60,244 nt of DNA from Coleofasciculus chthonoplastes F2-STO-03 (GTDB lineage Bacteria > Cyanobacteriota > Cyanobacteriia > Cyanobacteriales > Coleofasciculaceae), in contig JAVJWO010000077.1 of the NCBI GenBank assembly GCA_040222015.1, positions 1 to 60,244 of the forward strand. Reading direction: 5' to 3'. Below, one piece after another: positions 36,304 to 46,753 of the stretch. Below the pieces are notes generated by a model. That model worked only from the letters and a program-made list of their open reading frames with translations. It was not told where the DNA came from and did not search any database. Numbering within the stretch: the first letter of the stretch is position 1; each line of letters begins with the position of its first letter. Position numbers and translations under genes: made by a program.

Positions 36304-36449
36304 GTCAAGTCATCTCCTTCCCTAATGATCGGGCTTCGACTTCGCTCAGCCCTCAAAGCCCTCAAAGTTAGTCCTCCTCTGCATGAGGCTAGTTGAGCAA
36401 TTAGGGTGGTTGAGCAATTAGGGTGGTTGAGCGAAGCCGAAACCACCCT
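35955..36449. repeat. Hairpin repeats GG(T/C)TGAGCGAAG(T/C)CGAA(A/G)CC around the GIY-YIG gene
   Basis: Copies at 35955-35993 (+), 36331-36352 (-) and 36420-36449 (+), each with a different self-complementary outer stem. Confidence 0.75.
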
Positions 36450-36483
36450 TCCCATTCTTGGAAGCTGCCCACACACTTATCCA

Positions 36484-38676
36484 TCACTTTTTCACCTCGC
36501 CAAGCTTGGGACTCCAAAACGTCCCCTTTTTCGTCCAAAAATAAGCCACCGTTTTACATTTCCCCTGACGAGACTTGGGATTTGCACAACGCAGCATCTT
36601 CTTAGACTCACCCTCTTTCTCATATTCATACAACTCCAACGGCTTCCCACACTTGGGACAAGCATACTCGGTTAAATTGGCTGACTGGGTTGGTTTGGCG
36701 GCTACAGGACGTTCCGAACGGGGTAACTCATACTCCCCAACCTTCCCATTCCAAAACATTACCGCCCCACATCCCCCCTCACGGTTATCGCAACTGAGGA
36801 AATGATCGGCTTTTAGCTTCTTCGAGGTAGAAAACACCTTAGTCATCCGATGCTGACATTTAGGACAGGGATAATCCGTGAGTTCCGTTCTCGGACGCCG
36901 TTTTGATTCAGCCTTGGGGGTAGACTGAGTTTGACTGGCTATCTCTGGGACTTGGGCAAATGCCGAGTTGAGCGCCGGAGCAAAATAATCCCGATTCCAC
37001 CCGGTTAAATAACACTCCCAATCCAATCTCCCAGACGCGATCGCATCTAAATCCGATTCCATCTTAGCGGTAAATTCTGGCTGAATCAGATCAGGTAACA
37101 CCTGTGTCAAAAATGCATCTAGTTCCATCCCCAGTTGGGTTGGCTGCAATTTCCCTTTGCTTAACTGCACATAGTTACGCGCTTTCAATGTCTTAATCGT
37201 TGGCGCATAGGTGCTAGGACGACCAATTCCCGAACGTTCCATCACCTGCACCAGTTTGGGTTCGCTGTAACGGGGTGGCGGCTGCGTCTGTTTCTTATCC
37301 GCACCTGCGTTATCTAAGGTAAGCGGTTGTCCTGGTTGTACTCGTGGTAGTTGGGAATCGGCGGCAATATTATGCCAGTAGCGAGTATAACCGGGTACGA
37401 GTAAAACCTGTCCCCTGGCTTCCCAAAATACATCCCCCGATTGGGTGATAATCCGAGTTTTGGACAATTGAGCTTGACAGCACTGAGTTGCGATCGCGCG
37501 ACGCCAAATTAAATCATACAGTTTTGCCTCATCCCTAGTCAGTTGAACCGATAATTGCTTGGGTGTGCGTTCAACATGAGTCGGACGAATCGCTTCATGG
37601 GCTGCTTGCGCCCCGGATTTAGAGCGATGGGCAGCTACTCTAGAGGGTACATTATCCGGGTCATGCTGTAAAAGCCACTGTTTCGCCGCCTGACAAAACT
37701 CTGGAGACAACGCCACCGAATCCGTCCGCATATAGGTAATATGCCCAGCTTCATAGAGGCTTTGGGCAATTTTCATCGTCACTTCTGGATTCAGCTTGAG
37801 TTTCGCACCAGCAGATTGTTGAAGCGTAGAAGTTATAAAGGCGGCGGGGGGAGATTGTTTAACGGTTTTTCCCTCAACTGTGACAACATGATGAGAATGA
37901 GAACGGGCGATCGCAACGAGTTGATCCGCTTCTTCCTGAGAGAGTACCCGTGTCCCTTCCGAGACTGGATTCTCCTCTCCCGCATCATCCGGTTGAGTCT
38001 TATTTTTATCCCTCGAATTCCGCCGTTGCGCCGTTTGCGGGTAAGTTCGACCAGCGTAAACAGCCTTAAATCCTTCCTGATACTCAACCCAGACGACCCA
38101 ATAATCCTGGGGTTTAAATGCCAGAATCTCCTGTTCTCGCTTGACCAACAAATGCAGTGTCGCACTCTGCACTCGTCCCATAGACTTACAGCCGTTATTC
38201 AAACGCCAGACTAACCGACTCCCCTTATATCCCACCAATTTATCTAAACAATCCCTGGCACGTCCGGCGGCGACTAAATTAGAGTCAAGGGATTTCGGAT
38301 GTGCGATCGCGCGATCGACGGCGGCTTTGGTAATCTCGGTATAGGTCACCCGTAACGGATTCTTCAATCGCAAAGCCTGGGTCAAATGCCAGCCAATCGT
38401 TTCTCCTTCTCTATCGGGGTCAGTCCCCAGGTAAATTCGGTCAGCTTGGCGAATCGCACCACGCAACTCCGATAAGATTTTCTTGGCTTGACTACTCCGA
38501 GGAACATAGCGACAGTGGATGTGGGAACCGTCCAAATCAAATCCCAGAGAATCTTCACCATCATCGGCTAATTCCCGAACGTGACCCATACTGGCTTTAA
38601 CCGTCCAGCCAGCACCGAGAATGGATTTGAGTTTTTTGACCTTACCGCCTGATTCGATAATTAATAGATTCGCCAT
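36484..38676 (-). CDS. Type IA DNA topoisomerase with C-terminal Zn ribbons
   Basis: TOPRIM (IIESGGK, ASMGHVREL, GTDPDREGE), GRVQS, catalytic ITYMRTDS, AHEAIRPT, GIGRPSTY, two CPKC Zn ribbons. Confidence 0.92.
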   Translation of the reverse strand: MANLLIIESGGKVKKLKSILGAGWTVKASMGHVRELADDGEDSLGFDLDGSHIHCRYVPRSSQAKKILSELRGAIRQADRIYLGTDPDREGETIGWHLTQALRLKNPLRVTYTEITKAAVDRAIAHPKSLDSNLVAAGRARDCLDKLVGYKGSRLVWRLNNGCKSMGRVQSATLHLLVKREQEILAFKPQDYWVVWVEYQEGFKAVYAGRTYPQTAQRRNSRDKNKTQPDDAGEENPVSEGTRVLSQEEADQLVAIARSHSHHVVTVEGKTVKQSPPAAFITSTLQQSAGAKLKLNPEVTMKIAQSLYEAGHITYMRTDSVALSPEFCQAAKQWLLQHDPDNVPSRVAAHRSKSGAQAAHEAIRPTHVERTPKQLSVQLTRDEAKLYDLIWRRAIATQCCQAQLSKTRIITQSGDVFWEARGQVLLVPGYTRYWHNIAADSQLPRVQPGQPLTLDNAGADKKQTQPPPRYSEPKLVQVMERSGIGRPSTYAPTIKTLKARNYVQLSKGKLQPTQLGMELDAFLTQVLPDLIQPEFTAKMESDLDAIASGRLDWECYLTGWNRDYFAPALNSAFAQVPEIASQTQSTPKAESKRRPRTELTDYPCPKCQHRMTKVFSTSKKLKADHFLSCDNREGGCGAVMFWNGKVGEYELPRSERPVAAKPTQSANLTEYACPKCGKPLELYEYEKEGESKKMLRCANPKSRQGKCKTVAYFWTKKGTFWSPKLGEVKK

Positions 38677-38911
38677 GGCTGTTGGCAGGAGATGAGGGCT
38701 TATCTTGATGCCCTGAGAAGACCTTCGCTTTTAGTGACGGGATGAATCAGGGCGCTTTTGATTCTAGACATACTCCTTAAGTTTTTCAATTGTAATGTAA
38801 CACCGCCGCAATTAGCGACAAAGTAAGAATCTGATTAAATACTCACATTTTCGTCGGAACAAGGCAGAGAGGTTGAATTTATCAGGTAGCTAGTGAAAAG
38901 GCTTTTTCTGC

Positions 38912-39240
38912 ACTGAGATTATACTGGCAATCGCCATATTAATTGGTGCGATCGCTCAATTGTTGAATGTCTTGATTCCGGTGATGCGGAAAGAGTCGCC
39001 CAAGTAGCAAGTAGGGTGCGTTAGCGGGGCAATAATGGGAAACTCCAATGAATTGTGTTCCCCGCGTAACGCACGAACTGAGATTATACTGGCAATCGCC
39101 ATATTGATTGGTGCGATCGCTCGATTGTTGAATGTCTTGGTTGGAGGTGATGCGGAAAGAGTCGCCTAAGTAGCAAGTAGGGTGCGTTAGCGGGGCAATA
39201 ATGGGAAACTCCAGTGAATTGTGTTCCCCGCGTAACGCAC
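38912..39240 (+). repeat. 165-bp tandem duplication, each unit ending in a REP
   Basis: Units start ACTGAGATTATACTGGCAATC at 38912 and 39077 and end GTAGGGTGCGTTAGCGGGG...CCCCGCGTAACGCAC. Confidence 0.9.
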
Positions 39241-39334
39241 CAACACAAATGGATAATATAAATGAGCTCGTTTTAACAGTTGATAATCTCGGCAAGTGCG
39301 ATCAGCTAACATAGGTGATATCATGTCCAGGGGC

Positions 39335-39391
39335 AAAGGTGCGTTACGCTTCGCTAACACACCCTACAAATAGAGGCTTTGCGTAAGTCCT
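39335..39391 (-). mobile_element. Partial REP-containing MITE
   Basis: GGTGCGTTACGCTTCGCTAACACACCCTAC...GCGTAAGTCCT. Confidence 0.7.
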
Positions 39392-39461
39392 ACTAATTTT
39401 GGGAAAGAATGAAAATTTGAGTCATAAACCGGGTTTTTAACCGCCTAGATCGCTAATCTCT

Positions 39462-40097
39462 ATGACAGGAAAGGTCAAAATGGTACAGACACCAGCAAAA
39501 CCGGAAACCGAAACTCTGTTACTTGAGTTACCAAAAACCATGAAGCTATATGTCACTCCAGAACAGTTTACAGCCCTAGCCGAGTGCAATAGAGAATTAC
39601 ACCTGGAGAGAACGGCAAAAGGAGAATTAATTGTGAATCCACCCACAGGTTGGCGAACTGGCAAACGGAATTGGAGTATTTCTGGAGAGTTGTATATCTG
39701 GTGGCGGAATGCAGATGAACCGGGCGAGGCGTTTGATTCCTCAACGGCTTTCATTTTACCCAATGGTGCTACTCGTGCCCCGGATGCTTGTTGGATTAGT
39801 CAAGAAAGTTGGGATGCACTTACTGATGAACAAAAGGGAACGTTTGCCAATATTTGCCCGGATTTTGTGGTGGAGTTACGATCGCAGTCGGATACTCTGA
39901 AGTCGCTGCAAGAGAAAATGCAGGAATATATGGATAATGGAGCTAAACTGGGTTGGTTAATCGATCCCCAAAATAGAACAGTAGAAGTTTATCGAGTCGG
40001 TTTAAACGTAGAAATATTGTCAAATCCGGCTGAGTTATCCGGTGAGGAAATCTTACCGGGTTTTGTGTTGGATTTGGGTCGGGTGTGGGGTGAGTAA
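39462..40097 (+). CDS. Uma2 (DUF820) family endonuclease-like protein
   Basis: LERTAKGELI, FDSSTAF.LPNGA.RAPD, CPDFVVELRS.SD, LGWLIDP. Confidence 0.92.
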   Translation: MTGKVKMVQTPAKPETETLLLELPKTMKLYVTPEQFTALAECNRELHLERTAKGELIVNPPTGWRTGKRNWSISGELYIWWRNADEPGEAFDSSTAFILPNGATRAPDACWISQESWDALTDEQKGTFANICPDFVVELRSQSDTLKSLQEKMQEYMDNGAKLGWLIDPQNRTVEVYRVGLNVEILSNPAELSGEEILPGFVLDLGRVWGE

Positions 40098-40157
40098 TAT
40101 GGGGTAAGGGCACGGCAATGCCGTGCCCCTACATGATGATGTTCCCCGATCGCACAA

Positions 40158-42182
40158 TTACCCGGATTTCATATCCGCGATCGCATTCTTTGTCATCGCG
40201 GCAATGGCTTTATCCGTGGCTTTGGGTAAATGATAGTATTTCCCTCCGGCTTGCTTAGCTAACTCCTTGGCAAACCCTGTGGAGACAAACTTGTTTTCGG
40301 TATCAATCACCAATAACTGAATCCCCATTGCCCGAATTCTTGCGGCTATCTCCAATAGTTCCCCTTTAATATCCGGCTTTTCGCCTTCCGGTAGCGGTTC
40401 ACCCAAGGAACGGGCTAAGGGAATATTCCCCCGCCCATCTGTAATCGCCACAATCACGATTTGACCGATATCTCCCGACATTTTGGCATTCGTACCGACG
40501 CGCACCGCCTGGGTTAATCCATGTGCCAAGGGGGAACCGCCACCACAGGGTAAGCGATCTAACCGCCCCCGCGCCAAAGCAATGGAACGGGTAGGCGGTA
40601 ATAACACCTCGGCTTGTTCGCCGCGAAAGGGAATTAGGGACACTTGGTCACGATTTTGATAGGCTTCGGTCAACAGTTGCATCACTGCACCCTTCGCCGA
40701 CTGCATCCGGTTGAGTGCCATGGAACCCGACGCATCCACCACAAATACCACCAACGCCCCGGCTTTCCGGGCGAGGCGTTTGGAGCGAATATCTCCCGAC
40801 TCGACGATAACCTTACGGTGCGGCTGGCGTTCCCGGCGTCCTTTTTGATAGGGTGCAGCTGCCCGTAATGTGGCATCAACGGCGATGCGTTTGACTGCAC
40901 CTTTGGGTAACATCGGCTTGACATAGCGCCCCCGATCGTCAGAAAAGATAATACTGCGCGTTCCCGATTTTCCTTGCCGTTGCGCCATTTGAGCGAAGTA
41001 GAGGACACTGGGGTCGAGAACTACGCCCTCGGTATCGAAGACGAATTCTTCGGGGATGCTGGGGGGTTCTTGTTCTTGTTCCGGTTCCTCTTGGTTGTCG
41101 TCTTCTTCCTTATCCTCCGGTTCGTCTTGATCTTGAGACGACTCATCCTGGGGCGGTGGGGGTGGAGGGGGCGGTGGCGGTTCCTCTGGTGGGGTCTGGA
41201 CGATGGTAGAACGGGGGACAATCACTAATTCCACGGCGCGTTTCAAATCGTCAGCACTGACCGTCTGACGCCCATCTAGGGCGGCTGAGGCTTTGGCGAC
41301 GCGCACGGCAAAGAGTTCCGCCCGATGCCCTTGTACGCCACCGCGCAGGGCTTCTTCCACGAGATAGGCGATTTGAGCGGATGTAATTTGCACGTCTTTG
41401 AGCCATTCCCGTGCCAGAATGATCTCGGTTTTTAGGTTATCGATGTCTTCGTTATATTGACCGAGAAAGGCTTGGGGTGAAGTCGTGTACGCGATCGCAC
41501 CTTCGACGGCTTGCACTCGCTGATCCAATGACAATACCCCATCAGCAGAGAGGGTTATGGCAATTCTATCCAGTAAATGCTCTCGTAGGGGTCCTTCGTC
41601 GGGGTTATAGGTGGCGATTAATAAAGGTTTGCAGGGATGCTGAAAACTCATCCCCTCTCGTTCAACTTGGTTGCGCCCGTCGGTGAGAACGCTTAACAGT
41701 TGGTTGGCGATTTGGTCATCCAGGAGGTTGATTTCATCAATATATAACACCCCCCGATGTGCCTGTGCCAAGAGTCCGGGTTGAAACACAGGTTCCCCTT
41801 GTTGGATTGATTTCTCCACATCAACTGAACCCAGGAGGCGATCTTCAGTTGTCCCCAGGGGGATTTGTACAAACGGGGCGGGGATAATTTCCGTCTCCAC
41901 GGTATCAGGTTCCACGCCTTGGGCTAAAAGCTGGTCATCCCATTCTTGAGGATAGCGGGGATGACAATTAGAAATGGAACCCTTAACCACTTCAATGGGG
42001 GGTAACAAGACGTGGAGGGCGCGTGCCATCACGGATTTGGCTGTTCCCCGTCGTCCCGCGATCGCGACTCCTCCTAATCCCGGATCAACCGCCGCCAACA
42101 GCAGCGCTAATTTAATCGCTTCTTGTCCCACGACAGCCGTTAGGGGAAAATTGGTGGCTGGGGCAGAGTTCAGCACAGGCAT
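40158..42182 (-). CDS. chlD: Magnesium chelatase subunit D
   Basis: AAA+ domain ([17 protein letters not shown]), poly-Pro/acidic linker, vWA domain with [12 protein letters not shown]. Confidence 0.96.
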   Translation of the reverse strand: MPVLNSAPATNFPLTAVVGQEAIKLALLLAAVDPGLGGVAIAGRRGTAKSVMARALHVLLPPIEVVKGSISNCHPRYPQEWDDQLLAQGVEPDTVETEIIPAPFVQIPLGTTEDRLLGSVDVEKSIQQGEPVFQPGLLAQAHRGVLYIDEINLLDDQIANQLLSVLTDGRNQVEREGMSFQHPCKPLLIATYNPDEGPLREHLLDRIAITLSADGVLSLDQRVQAVEGAIAYTTSPQAFLGQYNEDIDNLKTEIILAREWLKDVQITSAQIAYLVEEALRGGVQGHRAELFAVRVAKASAALDGRQTVSADDLKRAVELVIVPRSTIVQTPPEEPPPPPPPPPPQDESSQDQDEPEDKEEDDNQEEPEQEQEPPSIPEEFVFDTEGVVLDPSVLYFAQMAQRQGKSGTRSIIFSDDRGRYVKPMLPKGAVKRIAVDATLRAAAPYQKGRRERQPHRKVIVESGDIRSKRLARKAGALVVFVVDASGSMALNRMQSAKGAVMQLLTEAYQNRDQVSLIPFRGEQAEVLLPPTRSIALARGRLDRLPCGGGSPLAHGLTQAVRVGTNAKMSGDIGQIVIVAITDGRGNIPLARSLGEPLPEGEKPDIKGELLEIAARIRAMGIQLLVIDTENKFVSTGFAKELAKQAGGKYYHLPKATDKAIAAMTKNAIADMKSG

Positions 42183-42378
42183 AAGGCAAGCATGACACTA
42201 TCAGTTTTTCAGCATACCGCGTCCTGGAGCGGTTTGGACGGTTAGCGGAAAAATCTCGATGGGAGAGATGGGGTTGTAGAGACGTTCCGGTGGAACGTCT
42301 TTCCGGTGGAACGTCTGGAAGCTGGGGATGCGATCCTTGTATAATATTCATCCACACCAAGTAAGAATTCGTTTTAGT

Positions 42379-43731
42379 ATGACAGTTGCTCCTCATAAAC
42401 CTGAATCAGCCCAATCAACGCATCCTTTATCTGAACCAGAATTTGAGTCCGAATTTAATTGGAGAAATTGTTGGTATCCTGTCTGTTTTCGCCCAGATTT
42501 TCCCAAAGATCGCCCCTATAGTTTTTCGTTGTATGATGAACCGTTTGTTTTATTCCAACACCAAGAGGAATTAATTTGTTTAACCGATCGCTGTCCCCAT
42601 CGTGCTGCTAAACTCTCCGATGGACAGATGATTGACGGTAAACTGGAGTGCTTGTACCACGGATGGCAATTTGGTCGTCAGGGTGAGTGTCTGCATATTC
42701 CTCAGTTACCTGCTGATGAGACAATACCTGTAAATGCTGGCGTGCGATCGCATAAAGTTGTCGAACGCCAAGGGCTGATTTGGATTTGGCCCGGTGCGGC
42801 TGAATTAGCGGATGAACAAGCCATTCCCACTATCCCGCACTTGGATCAGCCCGGATTTGTTCATTCTGACAAACTCACGGAAGTGCCTTGTGATATCAGC
42901 TATGTGATCGAACACATGTTAGATCCGGCTCATATTCATATTACTCATCATGGGAATCAGGGCGATCGCGCCAAAGCTCAACCCTTGGAAATGGAAATCC
43001 TTGAGAGTTCCGTGAACGGGTTTCGGGGTCAGTCGAGGAATACAAGAGAACCAAACTCAACCTGGATTAAGTTTGATTTTATTGCTCCGAGTTTAGCTCA
43101 TTTTTACTTTTCTATTCCTGATAAAGACTGGTTCTTTGGGCAGGCATTTTACGTATTCCCCTTGAGCAAAGGAAGATGTCGAATTCTATCACGAACCTAT
43201 CGCAATTTTGTGACTCAACCCGTGAAGCTGATGCCCAGATGGTGGATTCATTTAAAACAAAATAAAATTATGGCTCAGGATATTTCCATACTGTTAGGAC
43301 AGCAAAATGAAGTTGAACGGTTAGGACAATCGGTGCAACAGGTTTATTCCCCTATTCCAAACTGTGACACGTTTGCTATGGAATATCGTAAATGGCTGGA
43401 TCGGGTTGGGGCGTCTTTGCCCTATTATCGCGGGTATTTAACCTCGAAAGACATGGACAATAAACCTGAAGCTCAGTTGAATACAATGTCAGTGAAGCCG
43501 TCAATTTGGCATACTGAACTTTGTGGGTCTTGTAACCGAGCCTATCAGGTAACTCAGCGCGTGGAACAATGGGGTGTAGGAGTGGCGATTGTTTGGGCAG
43601 CGTTGGCAATTTTGATGGATGGTTCTGGAATGAAAATGGGGGCAGTTTTATTGGCGGTTGCAGCGGTGATTGTCGCCGTTTTTGCCAATAAACTCAAGCA
43701 TCGTTTTGAAGCCTATTCAAAGTCTCATTGA
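42379..43731 (+). CDS. Rieske non-heme iron oxygenase, pheophorbide a oxygenase/Tic55-like
   Basis: Rieske CPH..CLYHGW, mononuclear Fe motif LDPAHIHITH, C-terminal HTELCGSC and two TM helices. Confidence 0.85.
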   Translation: MTVAPHKPESAQSTHPLSEPEFESEFNWRNCWYPVCFRPDFPKDRPYSFSLYDEPFVLFQHQEELICLTDRCPHRAAKLSDGQMIDGKLECLYHGWQFGRQGECLHIPQLPADETIPVNAGVRSHKVVERQGLIWIWPGAAELADEQAIPTIPHLDQPGFVHSDKLTEVPCDISYVIEHMLDPAHIHITHHGNQGDRAKAQPLEMEILESSVNGFRGQSRNTREPNSTWIKFDFIAPSLAHFYFSIPDKDWFFGQAFYVFPLSKGRCRILSRTYRNFVTQPVKLMPRWWIHLKQNKIMAQDISILLGQQNEVERLGQSVQQVYSPIPNCDTFAMEYRKWLDRVGASLPYYRGYLTSKDMDNKPEAQLNTMSVKPSIWHTELCGSCNRAYQVTQRVEQWGVGVAIVWAALAILMDGSGMKMGAVLLAVAAVIVAVFANKLKHRFEAYSKSH

Positions 43732-44023
43732 CGAATCAAACCTTCAGCAGATGCCTGGTTAATCTGTTAGGCATTTAAACCTTAATGTCAATCAGGGCGA
43801 AATCCTTGTATGTAGTGCGTTAAGCGAAGCCATGCCGCAGGCTTTGCATCTTGCTCGCTACTAATACCCAATTTAAATACATGACAGCTTAGGCAGAATG
43901 CAATCTAGTATAGGTCGAAATTTCTAACTTTGGGGGGTTGCGCTTATATCCTTGAGATTTTATAAAGATTAATAATTGATGGTTGAAATGTGATAAACGA
44001 AATCCCTCGCGGAGTTATTGGTG

Positions 44024-45082
44024 ATGAATTTTAAGGTGATTGGAGAACTATTTAAGGAAACGATTCAAGAATGGCAAGAGGATAAAGCGTCACGGTTAGC
44101 CGCCGCATTAGCCTATTACACGGTGTTTTCCCTCGCACCGTTGTTGATTATCGCGATCGCGATCGCGGGTTCGATTTTTGGTCCGGAAGCCGCACGGGGG
44201 GAAATTGTCGAGCAAATTCAAGGGTTGGTGGGTACTGAGGGGGCTAAGGTAATTGAAACGGCGATTCAAAATGCGAATCAACCAAATGTTAGCAGTATTG
44301 CCTCAATTATCAGTATTATTGTACTGCTGTTTGGTGCATCGGGAGTCTTCGCTCAACTGCAAGATGCTTTGAATACTGTTTGGGGAGTACAACCGAAACC
44401 TGGACGCCCCGTTAAAGGTTTTTTACAGAAACGGTTATTATCCTTTTCGGTTGTGCTGGGGATTGGCTTTTTACTCTTAGTGTCTCTGATTGTCAGTGCG
44501 GCGTTATCGGCGTTGAGTAATTACGCCAGTGATCTACTTTTGGGAGTAGGATTCCTTTGGTCGCTTTTAAATTGGGTGCTTTCCCTGGGCGTAATTACGC
44601 TGCTATTTGCGATGATGTACAAGTTTCTCCCGGATGTTAAAATTACCTGGAGTGATGTCTGGATTGGGGCGATTATCACTGCCATACTTTTTACAATTGG
44701 CAAGACATTAATTGGTATGTATTTAGGGCGGGGGAGTTTTGCCTCAACTTATGGTGCTGCGGGTTCATTAGTGATTTTCCTAGCTTGGGTTTACTATTCC
44801 GCCCAAATCCTGTTTATCGGGGCAGAATTTACCCAAGTTTATGCCCGTAAGTTTGGCTCAAATATTGTTCCCGATAAACATGCGATGCAACTGACTGAAG
44901 CAGATCGGGCAAAACAAGGAATTGCTCATACAGAAGCCCTGAAAAAAGCTACAGGCGATTCAGATTCAGAGGATTCGGAGAAATCACCTAAGGAAAAACA
45001 GTCAGGTAATGTAGGGACTAAAGCGTTGAAAACCTACCATAATGCAGCTAGGAAAATGGGTTTAGACAAAAAACAAAAATAG
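44024..45082 (+). CDS. YihY/BrkB family membrane protein
   Basis: AAALAYYTVFSLAPLL, ALNTVW, YKFLPD, TYGAAGSL..FLAWVYYSAQI.FIGAE. Confidence 0.92.
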   Translation: MNFKVIGELFKETIQEWQEDKASRLAAALAYYTVFSLAPLLIIAIAIAGSIFGPEAARGEIVEQIQGLVGTEGAKVIETAIQNANQPNVSSIASIISIIVLLFGASGVFAQLQDALNTVWGVQPKPGRPVKGFLQKRLLSFSVVLGIGFLLLVSLIVSAALSALSNYASDLLLGVGFLWSLLNWVLSLGVITLLFAMMYKFLPDVKITWSDVWIGAIITAILFTIGKTLIGMYLGRGSFASTYGAAGSLVIFLAWVYYSAQILFIGAEFTQVYARKFGSNIVPDKHAMQLTEADRAKQGIAHTEALKKATGDSDSEDSEKSPKEKQSGNVGTKALKTYHNAARKMGLDKKQK

Positions 45083-45104
45083 GATTAAAGTTGAAGACGA
45101 GACG

Positions 45105-45137
45105 AGAACCCCGACTTCTTTAAGAAGTCGGGGTTCT
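45105..45137. repeat. Perfect 16-1-16 palindrome after yihY (repeat or terminator-like)
   Basis: AGAACCCCGACTTCTT-T-AAGAAGTCGGGGTTCT. Confidence 0.6.
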
Positions 45138-45218
45138 GAATCGCGAATCGGCTAAGAAACGCGGCGACGCTATAATTAAGACCAAGACTTGACTTGAACA
45201 ACAGCACAACTGCATCAA

Positions 45219-45460
45219 GTCAACAACCCACCACTAAATCGGAGTACCGATTCTAGTGGGGGCTTGAAATACAGCCCTCGTTGACCAGGCTCAGGTAGCA
45301 ATACCTACGTTTAAGGTAAGCGTTCAAGTTCCTACCTTGGAATGCGTAGCTAGTTCCAAGTTCTAGAACTCAGAAGTTAAACAGCCATTTGGGAGGCAGT
45401 GCTTTTGAGACAGTACCGACCTTAAACTTTGTCGAAGCTAACATTACCCGAAAGGAGACT
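45219..45460 (+). ncRNA. omegaRNA (HEARO-type) scaffold of IscB; guide comes from the sequence immediately 5'
   Basis: GTCAAC...GGGGCTTG...GTTGACCAG...CTACGTT...GTCGAAG..ATTACCCGAAAGG layout upstream of iscB, with multiple hairpins such as CTTGGAA/TTCCAAG. Confidence 0.8.
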
Positions 45461-45466
45461 CACGCT

Positions 45467-46753
45467 TTGAGTAAAGTTTTCGTTCTAGACACCAACAAAC
45501 AGCCTCTTAATCCCGTCCATCCAGGTAGAGCAAGAATGCTGTTGTCTCAAGGGAAAGCTGCTGTATTCCGCCGCTATCCCTTCACCGTAATACTCAAACA
45601 GGAGGTGCTAAACCCCAAAATCGAACCGCTTCGAGTCAAAATTGACCCAGGAGCAAAAACCACTGGATTAGCATTAATCAACGACAATACGGGTGAGGTT
45701 GTTTGGGTAGCCGAGTTACAACATCGTGGGCTTCAAATTCGGGATGCTTTAACTTCACGTCGTCAACTACGGCGGTCACGACGTAATCGTAAAACCCGCT
45801 ATCGCAAACCTCGTTTTCTTAACCGTACCCGTCCCCAGGGATGGTTACCACCGTCTCTTAACAGTCGGGTTGCTAACATCCTGACTTGGGTGAAGCGTCT
45901 GTCATCACTGAGTCAAATTACAGCCATCTCGCAAGAGTTGGTACGATTTGATACACAACAGATGCAGGATGCAGAAATTAGCGGGGTGGGATATCAACAA
46001 GGGACTCTCTTCTGCTACGAAGTACGTGAGTTTCTGCTGGAAAAGTGGAACAGAACTTGTGCCTACTGCGGCGCAAAAAACACGCCTGTTGAGATTGAGC
46101 ATATTCAACCTCGATCAAAAGGTGGCTCTAACCGAGTCGGCAACCTGTGTCTAGCCTGTGTTCCCTGTAACCAGAAAAAGGGAAGTCAAGATATCAAGGA
46201 CTTTCTCATAGGTAAACCTGACCTGCTTAAGCGAATCTTGGCACAAGCCAAAAGACCTCTGGCTGATACAGCCGCCGTCAATGCAACCCGATGGAATCTG
46301 TACGAAAATCTTCAGAAAACAGGCTTACCTGTTGAGGTTGGCACTGGTGGACGTACTAAGTACAACAGAACCATTCGAGGATTAGAGAAGACTCACTATT
46401 GGGACGCTGTTTGCGTTGGAGCATCAACACCAGAACAATTAATCACGTCAGGTGTTAAGCCACTGCTGATTGCTGCTAAGGGTCACGGAACCCGCCAACA
46501 ATGTCGTACCGATAAGTTTGGATTTCCGGTTCGTTATTGCTCAAGAACCAAATTTCACAAAGGCTTTCAAACGGGTGACATCGTTAAAGCTGTTGTCACT
46601 TCGGGCAAAAAGATTGGAACTTACCTTGGTCGAGTAGCCACTCGCGCCACTGGGAGCTTCAACATCTCAACACTTGATGGGCTAGTTCAAGGAATCAGTC
46701 ACAAATACTGCACACATATTCACAAAAAGGATGGATATTCCTATGCTCAGTGA
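45467..46753 (+). CDS. iscB: RNA-guided endonuclease IscB
   Basis: VFVLD...PLNP (PLMP-like), RuvC-I KIDPG, Arg-rich bridge helix, RuvC-II QELVRFD, HNH CAYC..EHIQPRSKGGSN..CVPCN, RuvC-III THYWDA; TTG start after AGGAG. Confidence 0.95.
   Translation: MSKVFVLDTNKQPLNPVHPGRARMLLSQGKAAVFRRYPFTVILKQEVLNPKIEPLRVKIDPGAKTTGLALINDNTGEVVWVAELQHRGLQIRDALTSRRQLRRSRRNRKTRYRKPRFLNRTRPQGWLPPSLNSRVANILTWVKRLSSLSQITAISQELVRFDTQQMQDAEISGVGYQQGTLFCYEVREFLLEKWNRTCAYCGAKNTPVEIEHIQPRSKGGSNRVGNLCLACVPCNQKKGSQDIKDFLIGKPDLLKRILAQAKRPLADTAAVNATRWNLYENLQKTGLPVEVGTGGRTKYNRTIRGLEKTHYWDAVCVGASTPEQLITSGVKPLLIAAKGHGTRQQCRTDKFGFPVRYCSRTKFHKGFQTGDIVKAVVTSGKKIGTYLGRVATRATGSFNISTLDGLVQGISHKYCTHIHKKDGYSYAQ

Noticed and set aside
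45389..45466. 26-aa N-terminal extension of IscB in the ORF track
   Set aside because: It lies within the omegaRNA; the AGGAG RBS and the family start (xxVFVLD) point to TTG 45467.
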